Source of the DNA: Histomonas meleagridis 2922-C6/04-290x
Taxonomy: Eukaryota > Protista > Parabasalia
Direction of reading: 5' to 3'
Assembly (NCBI GenBank): GCA_020184695.1
Contig: JAANOX010000099.1
Location: 186,001-250,000, forward strand
DNA: 64,000 nucleotides
Under the pieces are notes generated by a model. That model saw only the letters and a program-made list of their open reading frames with translations. It did not search any database and was not told the DNA's origin. Of this stretch, positions 17,398 to 28,648 are shown piece by piece. Every line of letters begins with the position of its first letter. The stretch's first letter is position 1. A program made the position numbers and the translations under genes.

Positions 17398-19422
17398 ATG
17401 TCACACCCAAACAGAACAACAATTTTGAAGTACTTTATCAAACCTCATCATTTTGTTTTAAGAGCTTCAAAAACCCAAGACTTTATTCTTCTCATTTTTA
17501 TAAGTAAAATAGTTTTCACCTTTGTTTTTAATAAACATTTACAATTCCAGCAACAAAATCAAATTGAAAACCAATGTAATTTTGCGTCTACTAATACAAG
17601 TTCTTTATCACCATTTAATCATCTTTTTAACAACAAAAATTTCAACACATTTGATGATCAACAACCTGCTAACATTTTGGTAAAATCAAAAAAAACATGT
17701 TACCAAACATACCTTATTGATCTTATGCGATCAAAAAACATATTATTATCAACGCAAACAAAAAAAGAAATTTTCATTTTTTGGGCAAAAATTCATAAAT
17801 TCATTAAATTTTTTTCATTAAATGAAAGCAATTTTTCATTTTTTAGAAATGATAACATTTATATAGTTTCATTTATTGTGTTTTTGATTAAATTTCACTT
17901 ATCGAAAACTTTTTTGCGACATAAAAACATTAATTTGTTTTTAGTGTTTTTTGTTTTACTGTTCGCAAATGGTTTCTCAACTTTTGATAACTCAACTAAA
18001 ACACTTACTATTTCAAATTCAACAGATTATGATAATAGAATGTTATATAAAAATGAAACAATTCATGTTATTATTGGAGGTTCCATCACTGGAATTGGAG
18101 ATAATTGTTTTTATGAGTGGAATAATTTGGAAAGTATCAAAATGAATGAATCAATCACTTTAATTGGAAATTCTGCATTTTCATCATGTTCTAATTTGAG
18201 AATAGTTTTAATTGGAGAAAATGTAACAACAATTGGAATTTCTGTATTTTCATATTGCACATCATTAGTAAATATTACAATTCCAAACAAAGTAACAGAA
18301 ATTGGAAATTATGTATTTTCATCATGTTCTAATTTGAGAATAGTTTTTATTGGAGAAAATGTGGAAAGAATTGGAACTTATTTATTTTCATATTGCACAT
18401 CATTAATAAATATTACAATTCCAAACAAAGTAATAACAATTGGAGATTATGTATTTTCATCATGTTCTAATTTGATAATAGTTTTTATTGGAGAAAATGT
18501 GGAAAGAATTGGAACTTCTGCATTTTCATATTGCACATCATTAATAAATATTACAATTCCCAATAAAGTAACAGAAATTGGAAATTATGTATTTTCATCA
18601 TGTTCTAATTTGAGAATAGTTTTTATTGGAGAAAATGTGGAAAGAATTGGAACTTATGCATTTTCATATTGCACATCATTAGTAAATATTACAATTCCCA
18701 ATAAAGTAACAGGAATTGGAATTTCTTCATTTGAATTTTGTACCAACCTTCAAATGATTAAAGTTTCCAGCGAAAATGCAAATTATTGCAATTATAACGA
18801 AGATGGGATTTTATATAACAAAAACGTCACTAAAATCCCACCGACGCAATCGTTCACACGATCGAACACATACTCAAACACATTTACTCAGTCGAATACG
18901 TTCACTAAGTCGAATACATTCACTAAGACGAATACATTTACTCAGTCGAATACATTATTACCTTCGAATGTAACGCTGACACTTTCGTTTACGAATTCAT
19001 ATTCCATCACTGAAACTGTTACAATTTCTGGTACATATTCTTATTCATATGTTTTGACTTTAATTGGAGTTAGTAGTACATATGTCAGAACAGATTTAAT
19101 TTATTATGAATATATTGTGACTCGTTATTCGACGTTATATAGTTTTTATTCGAATTTCTTCACAATTATCGACGTCATAAATCCTGTTGGAAATGGTATT
19201 TCTCAAAAGGCTTTGATAGGTATTATCTGCGGCACAATAATTGCAGTTTTGCTGATTATGGGAATTATCATATTCCTTGTGAAGAAATCAAAGAAAAGTA
19301 ACAGCGAATCAACAGCGATAAAATTCGAAACTAAAAATTCAACTGGAAGCGATATGAGATCAGATGAAGTAAATCAGGAATATAATGAACTCGTGTTGGA
19401 AGACCAGGACCAATGGCTATAA
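17398..19422 (+). CDS. BspA-like (TpLRR) surface protein 1 with long N-terminal leader, S/T/N/F stalk, TM segment and cytoplasmic tail
   Basis: Four 46-aa units SCSNLRIVFIGENV..IG...FSYCTSL.NITIPNKVT, SNTFTQ repeats, TM ALIGIICGTIIAVLLIMGIIIFLV, tail LEDQDQWL. Confidence 0.9.
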   Translation: MSHPNRTTILKYFIKPHHFVLRASKTQDFILLIFISKIVFTFVFNKHLQFQQQNQIENQCNFASTNTSSLSPFNHLFNNKNFNTFDDQQPANILVKSKKTCYQTYLIDLMRSKNILLSTQTKKEIFIFWAKIHKFIKFFSLNESNFSFFRNDNIYIVSFIVFLIKFHLSKTFLRHKNINLFLVFFVLLFANGFSTFDNSTKTLTISNSTDYDNRMLYKNETIHVIIGGSITGIGDNCFYEWNNLESIKMNESITLIGNSAFSSCSNLRIVLIGENVTTIGISVFSYCTSLVNITIPNKVTEIGNYVFSSCSNLRIVFIGENVERIGTYLFSYCTSLINITIPNKVITIGDYVFSSCSNLIIVFIGENVERIGTSAFSYCTSLINITIPNKVTEIGNYVFSSCSNLRIVFIGENVERIGTYAFSYCTSLVNITIPNKVTGIGISSFEFCTNLQMIKVSSENANYCNYNEDGILYNKNVTKIPPTQSFTRSNTYSNTFTQSNTFTKSNTFTKTNTFTQSNTLLPSNVTLTLSFTNSYSITETVTISGTYSYSYVLTLIGVSSTYVRTDLIYYEYIVTRYSTLYSFYSNFFTIIDVINPVGNGISQKALIGIICGTIIAVLLIMGIIIFLVKKSKKSNSESTAIKFETKNSTGSDMRSDEVNQEYNELVLEDQDQWL

Positions 19423-19490
19423 AAATGATATGTGAATAATTTCTTTAAATAGAAAGTACTTTGATAAATGTTAAACATTAATAAATGAAT

Positions 19491-19964
19491 TCATGAAATA
19501 ATTTTCGTTTTTATATAATTTGTATGTTTATAATTAACATTTAACTTCTTTATTATGCGTATGTTATTGAAAAATATTGACATACTTGCAATGATGTTGT
19601 AAATGTATTTGATTTTATGAATATGTTGGACAGAGTAAATGTATTCGTGTGTGAATGCATTTGATCTGAAAAAAATATTTGAATTAGAAAATAAATTTGA
19701 TTGTGTGAAAGTTTGTGTTGACCAAGTAATATATCCTTCAACAGTTGTTTCTTTTGTAACATTAAAAGGACCAAATGTTATATCGTTATAATAGTATAAT
19801 GACATAACATTTATTGATTCAATACATGTAAAAGCTGGTGATGAAATGTTTGGTTCTGATTTACCATGATAATAAATACATCTAAGCTGTCCACAGATAT
19901 CAAATGTATCATCGTTAATGCTTTTGACATTTTCTACAATAATAATTGTACTAAATCTGTACAT
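19491..19964 (-). pseudogene. BspA-like C-terminal relic
   Basis: ENVKSINDDTFDICGQLRCIYYHGKSEP...TQTFTQSNLFSNSN resembles the post-LRR cap and stalk of BspA2; it lacks an N-terminus and TM segment. Confidence 0.65.
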
Positions 19965-20294
19965 GATCGAAATTGTTTAATTAAGTACAATCTTTAACTT
20001 CATGAATTGCAAATTAATGTTTTAAGATCCAAAAATCTGAGAAATGAATATTATGTTAAGAAGTTTATCATATATCCGCTCTCTTTATCGATTCTTCGGC
20101 CAGAAAATCAAAAGAATTTCTAACACATTTACACAATTTCATTTCGAAATAAAAAATAATTTAAAAAAAAAAGTTTGTATTAAAAAAACATATCCAATAT
20201 AAAAATTGGTTTTTATATCTTTAGGAATATTTTCCTAATAGTCATTTTTTACCAATACATTAATTAATTGGTTTTTCATATTAATTTATTTATT

Positions 20295-20990
20295 TTAAAG
20301 CAAAGACTCAAGTGCACTGATAACTTTGTCAGAGTTTGGTCTTTTGCTTGATTCCTTATCAGTCATTTTGCTGATAAGTGATTTTGGTTTTTCGGCAGCA
20401 TTTATGTTCGCTTCGCCGTTGTCCTGAAGTTGTTTTATAGTTTTTATTTTCGACATTTGAGTATTAAATGAACCAAAAACTTCGGGGAAAATGATTCCAA
20501 GGCTATAAATATCAAATTTAGGAAGTTTGATCATAACTCCAATTGAATATATAATGATATGTTGTCCTTTTGTGGATTGTGCTCAAATCATATGTCAAAA
20601 CATTTGATAACATTGGGGTGCGAAATTTGTGATAATATCTAGATTTCATTAAAAACATTATCAAAAGAAATATTTTTAATGGGTTTTATCCATAACTTTT
20701 CCCAGAAGAATTGCTAATATCTGGGGAATCAGTTCCATTCATTCCTTTTCCAATTTCGCTTTGAATTGTAAACTATGTTCAAAATCGTGAAGTTAAACTC
20801 AAATTCGAATTGTATTTCTGTAATAGATGCATTTTGTCTTTTGCACTTGATGTTGGGTCTGCTAAATTTCCCGTAGACATCAAAAAAAATATAAGTCGAT
20901 GCAACCAATGGCAGAAATTCAATCTTTGCTAAACGGTCGTGCGCAAAGTGGATCATAACCGTTTTATTGTATAAAAGTGACATATTTATC
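20295..20990 (-). pseudogene. PEK/eIF2-alpha-kinase-like pseudogene with internal deletion
   Basis: LSQISHPNVIKCFDI*FEH...LYIQLEL joins almost directly to DIYSLGIIFPEVFGSFNTQMSKIKTIKQL...LISKMTDKESSKRP; subdomains VI-VIII are missing. Confidence 0.7.
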
Positions 20991-21281
20991 AAAAAGTGAG
21001 TATTAAAATGTTTACTTATGTAAACTAAACGAATTCTATCAATTCCTTAGTTTTTTAGGATGGGTTCAGTCGTTGTTTTGTATTCAAATATTCCGCAATT
21101 AAAACAAAAATATCTTCTAAACCAATGCACGTTCTGAATAGCAAAGCAGCAAGCAAAGGCAAAATTTTTTATTCATTATTATATTTCGATATATAAAAAA
21201 AATTTACATATTTGGAACCTGCAAATTGTCAATTTCAGTTACTGTAACCAAGAAACCTGAAACTGACGACCGCAACTCTTT

Positions 21282-23598
21282 ATGTCATTTCAAACCAGAA
21301 CGAACATTTTGAAACACACGAATAAAACATCATATCTTGCTACAAGGACATCGCTTTCCCATACCTTCTTCTATGTTATCACTCTAAGTAAAACTATTTT
21401 CAATATTATTTGTAATTATCATTTAAATTTTCAATATCAACTACACCAAATCAAAAAAGGGCAGATCCTATCGCCTCTTAGGAACATGCTTTTGTCATTT
21501 AATCATACTTCCTCCAAAAAATTCAACAGTTTGATTTATGATTATCATCAATCTTTAAATTTTCATAACAAATTATATTTCCCTTTAATTTTTTTAACAA
21601 ATTGTTCTTTTTATTTCAACCAAGCATATGCCCATTCATTACCTTTTCATTCTCATTTATCAAATCATAAAATTTTCAAATCTCAAATATTTGATTTTAT
21701 TTTTAATATTATTTTAAAAGAAAACAATTTTTGTATCTTTAAAATCAATGTCATTTATTTGATTTTATCTTTTATCTTTTTGCTTTTATATAATTTTTGT
21801 TCAATTACATCTTTTTTACTATATAAATTCCATAAAATACATCGAAATGAAAATTTTTGTTTGATTTTTCTTTTTACATTTTTCACAAAATGTTTCTCAA
21901 CTTTTGATAATTCAACTAAAACACTTACTATTTCAAATTCAACAGATTATGATAATAGAATGTTATATAAAAATGAAACAATTCATGTTATTATTGGAGG
22001 TTCCATCACTGGAATTGGAGATAATTGTTTTTATGAGTGGAATAATTTGGAAAGTATCAAAAATGAATGAATCAATCACTTTAATTGGAAATTCTGCATT
22101 TTCATCATGTTCTAATTTGAGAATAGTTTTTATTGGAGAAAATGTAACAACAATTGGAATTTCTGTATTTTCATATTGCACATCATTAGTAAATATTACA
22201 ATTCCAAACAAAGTAACAGACATTAGAATTTATGCATTTTATTCATGTTCTAATTTGATAATAGTTTTTATTGGAGAAAATGTAACAACAATTGGAACTT
22301 CTGTATTTTCATATTGCACATCATTAGTAAATATTACAATTCCAAACAAAGTAACAGAAATTGGAAATTATGTATTTTCATCATGTTCTAATTTGAGAAT
22401 AGTTTTTATTGGAGAAAATGTGGAAAGAATTGGAACTTATGCATTTTCATATTGCACATCATTAGTAAATATTACAATTCCCAATAAAGTAACAGGAATT
22501 GGAATTTCTTCATTTGAATTTTGTACCAACCTTCAAATGATTAAAGTTTCCAGCGAAAACGCAAATTATTGCAATTATAACGAAGATGGGATTTTATATA
22601 ACAAAAACGTCACTAAAATTATATGTTATCCATGCGGGAAAACAAACGAAACATATACATTCCCAACAAATGTCAGTGTAATTGATATTAATGCATTCTG
22701 TAATTGTATTTCATTAAGGAACATTGAAATTCCATGCAATATAACGTCAGTTGGAAGCAAAGCATTTGCATCATGCTGCAATCTCACATGTATTTTTTAT
22801 TATGGCGAAACAGTCCCAACGAATACATCGAATGTATTTGATAACAACAATTTAATCAGAAGTGTCATGACAATCGATTCATATAACGGCCAAACATTCT
22901 GCGGTATAAAAGTCAGTAAAGGAAAAGTCATTGATGAATGTCTCCCACCGACGCAATCGTTCACACGATCGAACACATACTCAAACACATTTACTCAGTC
23001 GAATACGTTCACTAAGTCGAATACATTCACTAAGACGAATACACTAACAAAGTCATATGAAATTTCATTTGTTGTTTCGAATTCATTTACTTTTTCATAT
23101 TCGAATGGTATAACATTAACGAATACAATAACATTAACACAATCATTATCTATTACGCAAACAATAAAAATTTATAATTCGACGTATTCGAATTCATTTT
23201 CTGTTTCTATTTTTAATTCGGCATTAACTTATGTTTTGAGTGAATTTATTTATTACGAATATACTGTTGTTGTATATTCGACTTATTACATATATTATAG
23301 TAATTTCTTTACAATTATATATCAAAATGAAAATATTAATGATGATAATAGAAACACAATTATAATTATAAGTGTTTGCGTTGCAGTTGTCGTAATTGTA
23401 ATAATTGCAATACTTATCATAGTTTTGATGCGAATTCATAATAAGAAACAAATAAGTAATGAACAAGAAGCAAAAAGTTTCGAAGAAAATCAAAATGAAA
23501 AAGAAAATACATTTGCAATGGGAACATCAACGAATAATATTGATGAAGATCCATTTGCTGATGATTTCAAAAAAGAAAAATTCATTAATCATATTTAA
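21282..23598 (+). CDS. BspA-like surface protein 2, with one +1 frameshift at the A5 run 22059-22063
   Basis: ORFs 21282..22070 and 21904..23598 join if one A is removed (the paralogue has A4 at 18139-18142). Three 46-aa LRR units, cap, stalk, TM segment, tail DEDPFADDF. Confidence 0.8.
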
Positions 23599-23938
23599 CA
23601 TAAAAACATTTGCTTATTTAAGTAAAAAAAAATCGGTGAAACTTAAATTTATAATTTGAATAATATTTTTATCATGAGATATGTTGTGTTTTTAATTAGC
23701 TGCATAATATCACTGCTAACCTGTTAAATATGGGCACTAATATATCAAAATCAGAACTTCAGCAAAATATAAATTTTCAAGAAATTTTTGATGCAATTGC
23801 ATAACACTGAACACATGTTCGATATGGATATAATTTTTATTTTGTATTCTATTCATTTATCAAAACAGAACTTCAACAAAATTTAAATTTAAAATTTACT
23901 TAAACGAATTTTCACTTTGAATAATTTCTTTATTAAAA

Positions 23939-25111
23939 TCATTGATTCAGTTTCCCTTCGAGGTAATTCCTTACCCAATTTGCGGGTGTTTTCTCGTTTG
24001 GCTTCCCCTTCTCGTTGAGCAGTCCTGCCTTTATCATCCTCTTCTTCTCCTGTGCGACTGGGCCCTTGCCCCAACACTTCGGATATGTGCCTCTGTCCAT
24101 GATGACTCGCTTAATCTTTGCAGCGAACCCATGGTCACTATTGTACATTTGCTCTGTCGTCATTAACGCAATCCCCAATGCGATTGCTTCTCCTTTCGTC
24201 GTTATGATCACAACAACTTCGTCAACTTCGATTCCGTTCTCAAATCGAAGTATACCAGGAATCATAACTTTAGCGCCGTGACACACTGCGTCGACTGATG
24301 AGTCCTTCATTACAATTCGTTTGTATTGAGTTAACATCCATTCTAATGGCTTGACGACTCGGCGAAGATACGATTCGTCGCCTTTGGTGTCTAAGAGCCA
24401 TTTGGCATCTAAGACATCGTACATTGTGTTCATGCCGGTGTTCTCTGTGATGTGCCCTGTGCGCGTACGTCGTAGCTCTGCCATTTCACCACCAACTCCT
24501 AAGATCAACCCTAAATGTTCACATAAAACTCGAATGTATGTGCCTGCTTCACACGATACTTTGAGAATGGCTAAATTATTCTCTTGGTCAAATTCTATAA
24601 CTTCATCTTTGTATATATTTCGAACACGAAGTTCTTTCTTGACAGCTGATATTAATGGTGGACATTGATATACACGGCCTGTAAGGAATTTAACAGCATT
24701 CTCAAGATCAGGTAAAGTGACATGATCAAATAACTTGAGAACAGCAACATACTCTTTACCGGCATTTTGTTGGGCTTTGGCAATACGTGTGGCACGCTCT
24801 AAACAGATAATAAGAACACCTGTGACTTTGGGATCTAGTGTGCCTGAATGTCCGGTCTTTTCAACTTGTAATATTTGTTTGACCCAGGAAACAATTTCAT
24901 GGGATGATGGATTGGATGGCTTGTCAAGATTGAGAACACCATATTTAAGATGTTCACGAATTGGTCGTTTTAATGGTGAATGGCCACTTCCAATTGGTGT
25001 GAAAAAATTGGTTTTACATTGAAGATTGGAATAGTTTTTAAGAAGCAATGGCCATTTGGATGTGTCAGGAGTTGCTGGCTGTTCGTTTGATGGCTGAATA
25101 ACGTCTGTCAT
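23939..25111 (-). CDS. CBF5: H/ACA snoRNP pseudouridine synthase Cbf5/dyskerin
   Basis: [46 protein letters not shown] domain, [11 protein letters not shown]. The start at MTDVIQ is inferred. Confidence 0.97.
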   Translation of the reverse strand: MTDVIQPSNEQPATPDTSKWPLLLKNYSNLQCKTNFFTPIGSGHSPLKRPIREHLKYGVLNLDKPSNPSSHEIVSWVKQILQVEKTGHSGTLDPKVTGVLIICLERATRIAKAQQNAGKEYVAVLKLFDHVTLPDLENAVKFLTGRVYQCPPLISAVKKELRVRNIYKDEVIEFDQENNLAILKVSCEAGTYIRVLCEHLGLILGVGGEMAELRRTRTGHITENTGMNTMYDVLDAKWLLDTKGDESYLRRVVKPLEWMLTQYKRIVMKDSSVDAVCHGAKVMIPGILRFENGIEVDEVVVIITTKGEAIALGIALMTTEQMYNSDHGFAAKIKRVIMDRGTYPKCWGKGPVAQEKKRMIKAGLLNEKGKPNEKTPANWVRNYLEGKLNQ

Positions 25112-25426
25112 TTGAGCTCTGGTCTTGGAATTCAAACAGAGTCCTGTCAATTCTCACTGTTGGACCATATGGGGATACTGCTTACAAAATGAACAATAAA
25201 AATTGTTTTATTTGTTGAATGAACTCCATATGTTACAAGGCAACCTTTGTTTTTATTAAAAAATTGCGATTTAAATTCATCGAATTTATATCAAAAATAA
25301 AATCAATTTTAATTGTTACAACTTCTTACAAAAGAAAATGCAAGTTGAATCGAATCTTAGTAACTTCCTAGAGTTAAACAACATACTTGTTAAAAAAAAT
25401 CCTTTAACACTAAAAAAATCAAAAAA

Positions 25427-25508
25427 TGGTACCAGTGGGGTTCGAACCCACGCACCTCTCGGTAATGGGACTTGAATCCATCGCCTTAGACCACTCGGCC
25501 ATAGTACC
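25427..25508 (-). tRNA. tRNA-Leu(CAA), long variable arm, no intron
   Basis: GGTACTATGGCCGAGTGGTCTAAGGCGATGGATTCAAGTCCCATTACCGAGAGGTGCGTGGGTTCGAACCCCACTGGTACCA followed by T6; the acceptor, D and T arms pair. Confidence 0.95.
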
Positions 25509-25674
25509 TCTGGTTTTTTAATGAAATGTTTTATAGAAAGTCAATACATTCATCCCCATCTGTCTATTTGCATTAAAGATTTAAATTTTAATTATTGTAT
25601 TGATTTTCAGAAAAAATATTAAAAACCCATTAAAGAAAGATTTAATTATAAATAAAGAAAAAATGTAAAAATAT

Positions 25675-26322
25675 CTATAATTTCCGTAAAATGTATATAT
25701 AGTAGTAGCCACTTCCAGATGGCTTAAGCACTTTTTCTGTTTGAACTAAGGTTATTAGATTTTCTTGTGTCTTGAAAAGAGCTTCTCGAAATTGTGGCTC
25801 TCCATGTGAAATAGAAAAGAAAACACCTGAAGGCTTTAAGATTCGTGAAATTTCTGCAATTGCATGTTTAGCTTTTTTTGTGTTGAATTTGGAACAGAGT
25901 AATGAATCAATTGTTCCTTTTTCAAAGATTGCATCAAATGAATTTGAAGGGAAATTGGTTTTTAAAATATTTCCAACTATCCACACTAAGTTGTTGTTGC
26001 CTTGGTAAGTTTCCTTCATTTGTTTAATTACATTTTGTGAAATATCTATTCCATAAACTTTCTGAAAAAAATCTTTTTGCAAATCTGCTGCTAAAGATGA
26101 ATTACCACAACCAACATCAAGTGCTGCTCCTCCTTTACGAAGGAATTTTGCAATACTATCTTTGAATTGCTCCCAATCGAGATACCATTCAAACTCTTCA
26201 TCATTGTTTGCTAAATACTTTTCTTCCCAATATGTCTGTTCGTCATATTTAATAGCTGTGTAAGGTATTATATTATCAAGTTGAGCTTCGAGTGCTTCAT
26301 AAGCCAACGAAGCTTCGTTCAT
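25675..26322 (-). CDS. Class I SAM-dependent methyltransferase (EEF1AKMT4/METTL13-N-like)
   Basis: YWEEKY...FEWY, LDVGCGNS, GIDISQNVI, FEKGTIDSL, LKPSGVFFSISHGEP. The start at MNEAS is inferred. Confidence 0.85.
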   Translation of the reverse strand: MNEASLAYEALEAQLDNIIPYTAIKYDEQTYWEEKYLANNDEEFEWYLDWEQFKDSIAKFLRKGGAALDVGCGNSSLAADLQKDFFQKVYGIDISQNVIKQMKETYQGNNNLVWIVGNILKTNFPSNSFDAIFEKGTIDSLLCSKFNTKKAKHAIAEISRILKPSGVFFSISHGEPQFREALFKTQENLITLVQTEKVLKPSGSGYYYIYILRKL

Positions 26323-26613
26323 TGACCAAATAAAAATAGAAAAGAAACACCCCCATAAAGCGAAATAGTTCTTTCGAGTAATAAAAATATGGTAACAAAA
26401 ATACACCACAACCAATGTGTAACAATGTGACGAAACATGACAATGCAAATGTTTCATATGAATCATCGAAAAATAAATTGCTTAATAACATATACCGTGC
26501 CAAAGTAAAAGAAACAGAAAGTTCAATTAACAAGTAGTTTTAAATAATATGGAGTCTAAGAGATGTTAACTTTTTTCTTATAAAAGTTTTCTTCCAAATA
26601 ATAAACGTACACC

Positions 26614-27177
26614 ATGAGTTGGAGTTACCTCTTGGAAACAGATACTCTCACACGAGAACAATTACGCAAATACAATGTCAGCGAGCTGCAAGAAATTTTA
26701 ACACAGTTAGGTTTGGATTCTACAGGAAAAAAACATGAGCTTGTTGATAGATTATACCAATTCTGGTTCGAAATTCAATCACCGTCTTCTACACACCGTA
26801 CATCTGCAAATGGAAAAATCATGGCATCGTGTTGCATTAAATTCCAACTTCCTCAAATAGATGACATTCTACTCTTTAGATCAAAATTAGAGTCTTATGG
26901 ACAAATAAACGGATTATTACTTGATCCAGAATTAAATTCTTGTTATGTCTCTTATAAGACTTTGAAAGCCGCTCAAACTTTTTTTGATGAATGTCAAAAA
27001 AACGAATTTCAAAACCAAGAATTTGTTACAGAAGCCGACTTCGAAAACCGCACAAAAGAACTCCAAATGCTTCCAAAAGAATGTCAACTTCACAACTATA
27101 TAAATAATAGATTCAAAAAAACTAACACAAAACCAAGGATTTTTTGGTGTCCAGGACCAAACTGTGAAGAAATATGA
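26614..27177 (+). CDS. Small Acinus-like protein (SAP domain, RRM-like region, RSB motif)
   Basis: SAP-like YNVSELQEILTQLGLDSTGKKHELVDRL; RRM-like middle; C-terminal RFKKTNTKPRIFWCP resembles the Acinus RSB motif FRKTKAAPCIYWLP. Confidence 0.7.
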   Translation: MSWSYLLETDTLTREQLRKYNVSELQEILTQLGLDSTGKKHELVDRLYQFWFEIQSPSSTHRTSANGKIMASCCIKFQLPQIDDILLFRSKLESYGQINGLLLDPELNSCYVSYKTLKAAQTFFDECQKNEFQNQEFVTEADFENRTKELQMLPKECQLHNYINNRFKKTNTKPRIFWCPGPNCEEI

Positions 27178-27703
27178 ATTACAGTGCGTTGATTTGTTAT
27201 TTATTTAAACATACATATTTTGAAATTATACTTTCGGTGTTAACGCTAATTGTCCAATAACTTTTTTAGGTTAATGGTCCTTGAAACGATCTATGGTTGT
27301 TTTGTGAAACAGTGAAATGCTTCGTAAATATTTTACTTCAAAATCAACACAGAAAATTTCGACGGTTTCCACTGTTGGCTTAAACCGACCACTTTAAATT
27401 TTTAAACGTTCACCTTAAACGATCCAGATATTTTTTTCTTTTTAACTTTCCCAATAAATATTTAAGAGAAACATATTTTATAGCAAATAAAATATTCTAT
27501 ATTATAATAACAAAATGATAACCCAAAAAATATCTCTATACATTTAGTAATTAGTGTATAATTCCAGTTTTAAAAACGATGTCAAAACAACGTGGAACGA
27601 ATTTGTTTGCGTTCAATTTTCAGAATCATTTTCAGTTAACTGAAATTATTCAAATATTGAGAGCATCGGTTGAGGAAAAAACAACAACTGTTGACATCAC
27701 AAA

Positions 27704-28648
27704 ATGTTACACTTGCTTGTTTCTCTTGCCTTCTCGGCATACTACCAAGCACACGAAGAAAAATCCTTCGTTTCATGGATGCGTTCCACAAACCAATTCT
27801 TCACTGGCGATGAATATCAAACACGTTTCGGTGTCTGGATGGCTAACCAACGTCTTGTCCAAGAACACAACCAAGCCCACTCATTCAAGCTTGCCATGAA
27901 CAAGTTTGCTGCTTACACACCATCTGAATACAAATCACTCCTTGGATTTGTTCCACAAATCAAGGCTAGCAAGGCTAAAAAGTCCAACTTCAAGGTCGAT
28001 GGTTCCCTCGACTGGCGTCAAAAGGGTGCTGTTAATGATATCAAGGACCAAGCTAGCTGCGGTTCATGCTGGGCATTCTCTGCTATCGCTGGTGCTGAAG
28101 GTGCTTACTTCTTAAAGACAGGCAAACTCCTCTCCTTCTCAGAACAAAACCTTGTTGATTGCGTTACAACATGCTATGGCTGCAATGGTGGTCTCATGAC
28201 ATCCGCTTATGACTATGTTATCAGGTACCAAGATGGTAAATTCATGCTCGAAGATGACTATCCATACAAGGCTGTCCAAGGCTCATGCAAGTTCGATGCT
28301 TCAAAGGCTGTTGGTTCAATCTCAGACTACCTCGAAGTTGCTTCATATGATGAAGATGATCTTGCTGCTAAGGTTACAAACAATGGCCCAACATGCATTG
28401 CTATCGATGCTTCACACTACAGCTTCCAACTCTACAGCAGTGGTATCTATGATGAAACACGCTGCTCATCAACATCCCTCGATCACGGTGTTGCTGCTGT
28501 TGGTTATGGCTCAGATGGTGCTACAAACTACTGGATCGTTCGTAACTCATGGGGCACATCATGGGGTGAAGATGGTTACATCCGCATGATCAAGGACAAG
28601 AACAACCAATGCGGTGTTGCATCAATGGCCTGCGTCCCAATTGCATAA
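27704..28648 (+). CDS. Cathepsin L-like papain-family cysteine peptidase
   Basis: Prodomain with MNKFA; QASCGSCWAFS (catalytic Cys), DHGV (His), RNSWG (Asn); strong codon bias. Confidence 0.97.
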   Translation: MLHLLVSLAFSAYYQAHEEKSFVSWMRSTNQFFTGDEYQTRFGVWMANQRLVQEHNQAHSFKLAMNKFAAYTPSEYKSLLGFVPQIKASKAKKSNFKVDGSLDWRQKGAVNDIKDQASCGSCWAFSAIAGAEGAYFLKTGKLLSFSEQNLVDCVTTCYGCNGGLMTSAYDYVIRYQDGKFMLEDDYPYKAVQGSCKFDASKAVGSISDYLEVASYDEDDLAAKVTNNGPTCIAIDASHYSFQLYSSGIYDETRCSSTSLDHGVAAVGYGSDGATNYWIVRNSWGTSWGEDGYIRMIKDKNNQCGVASMACVPIA

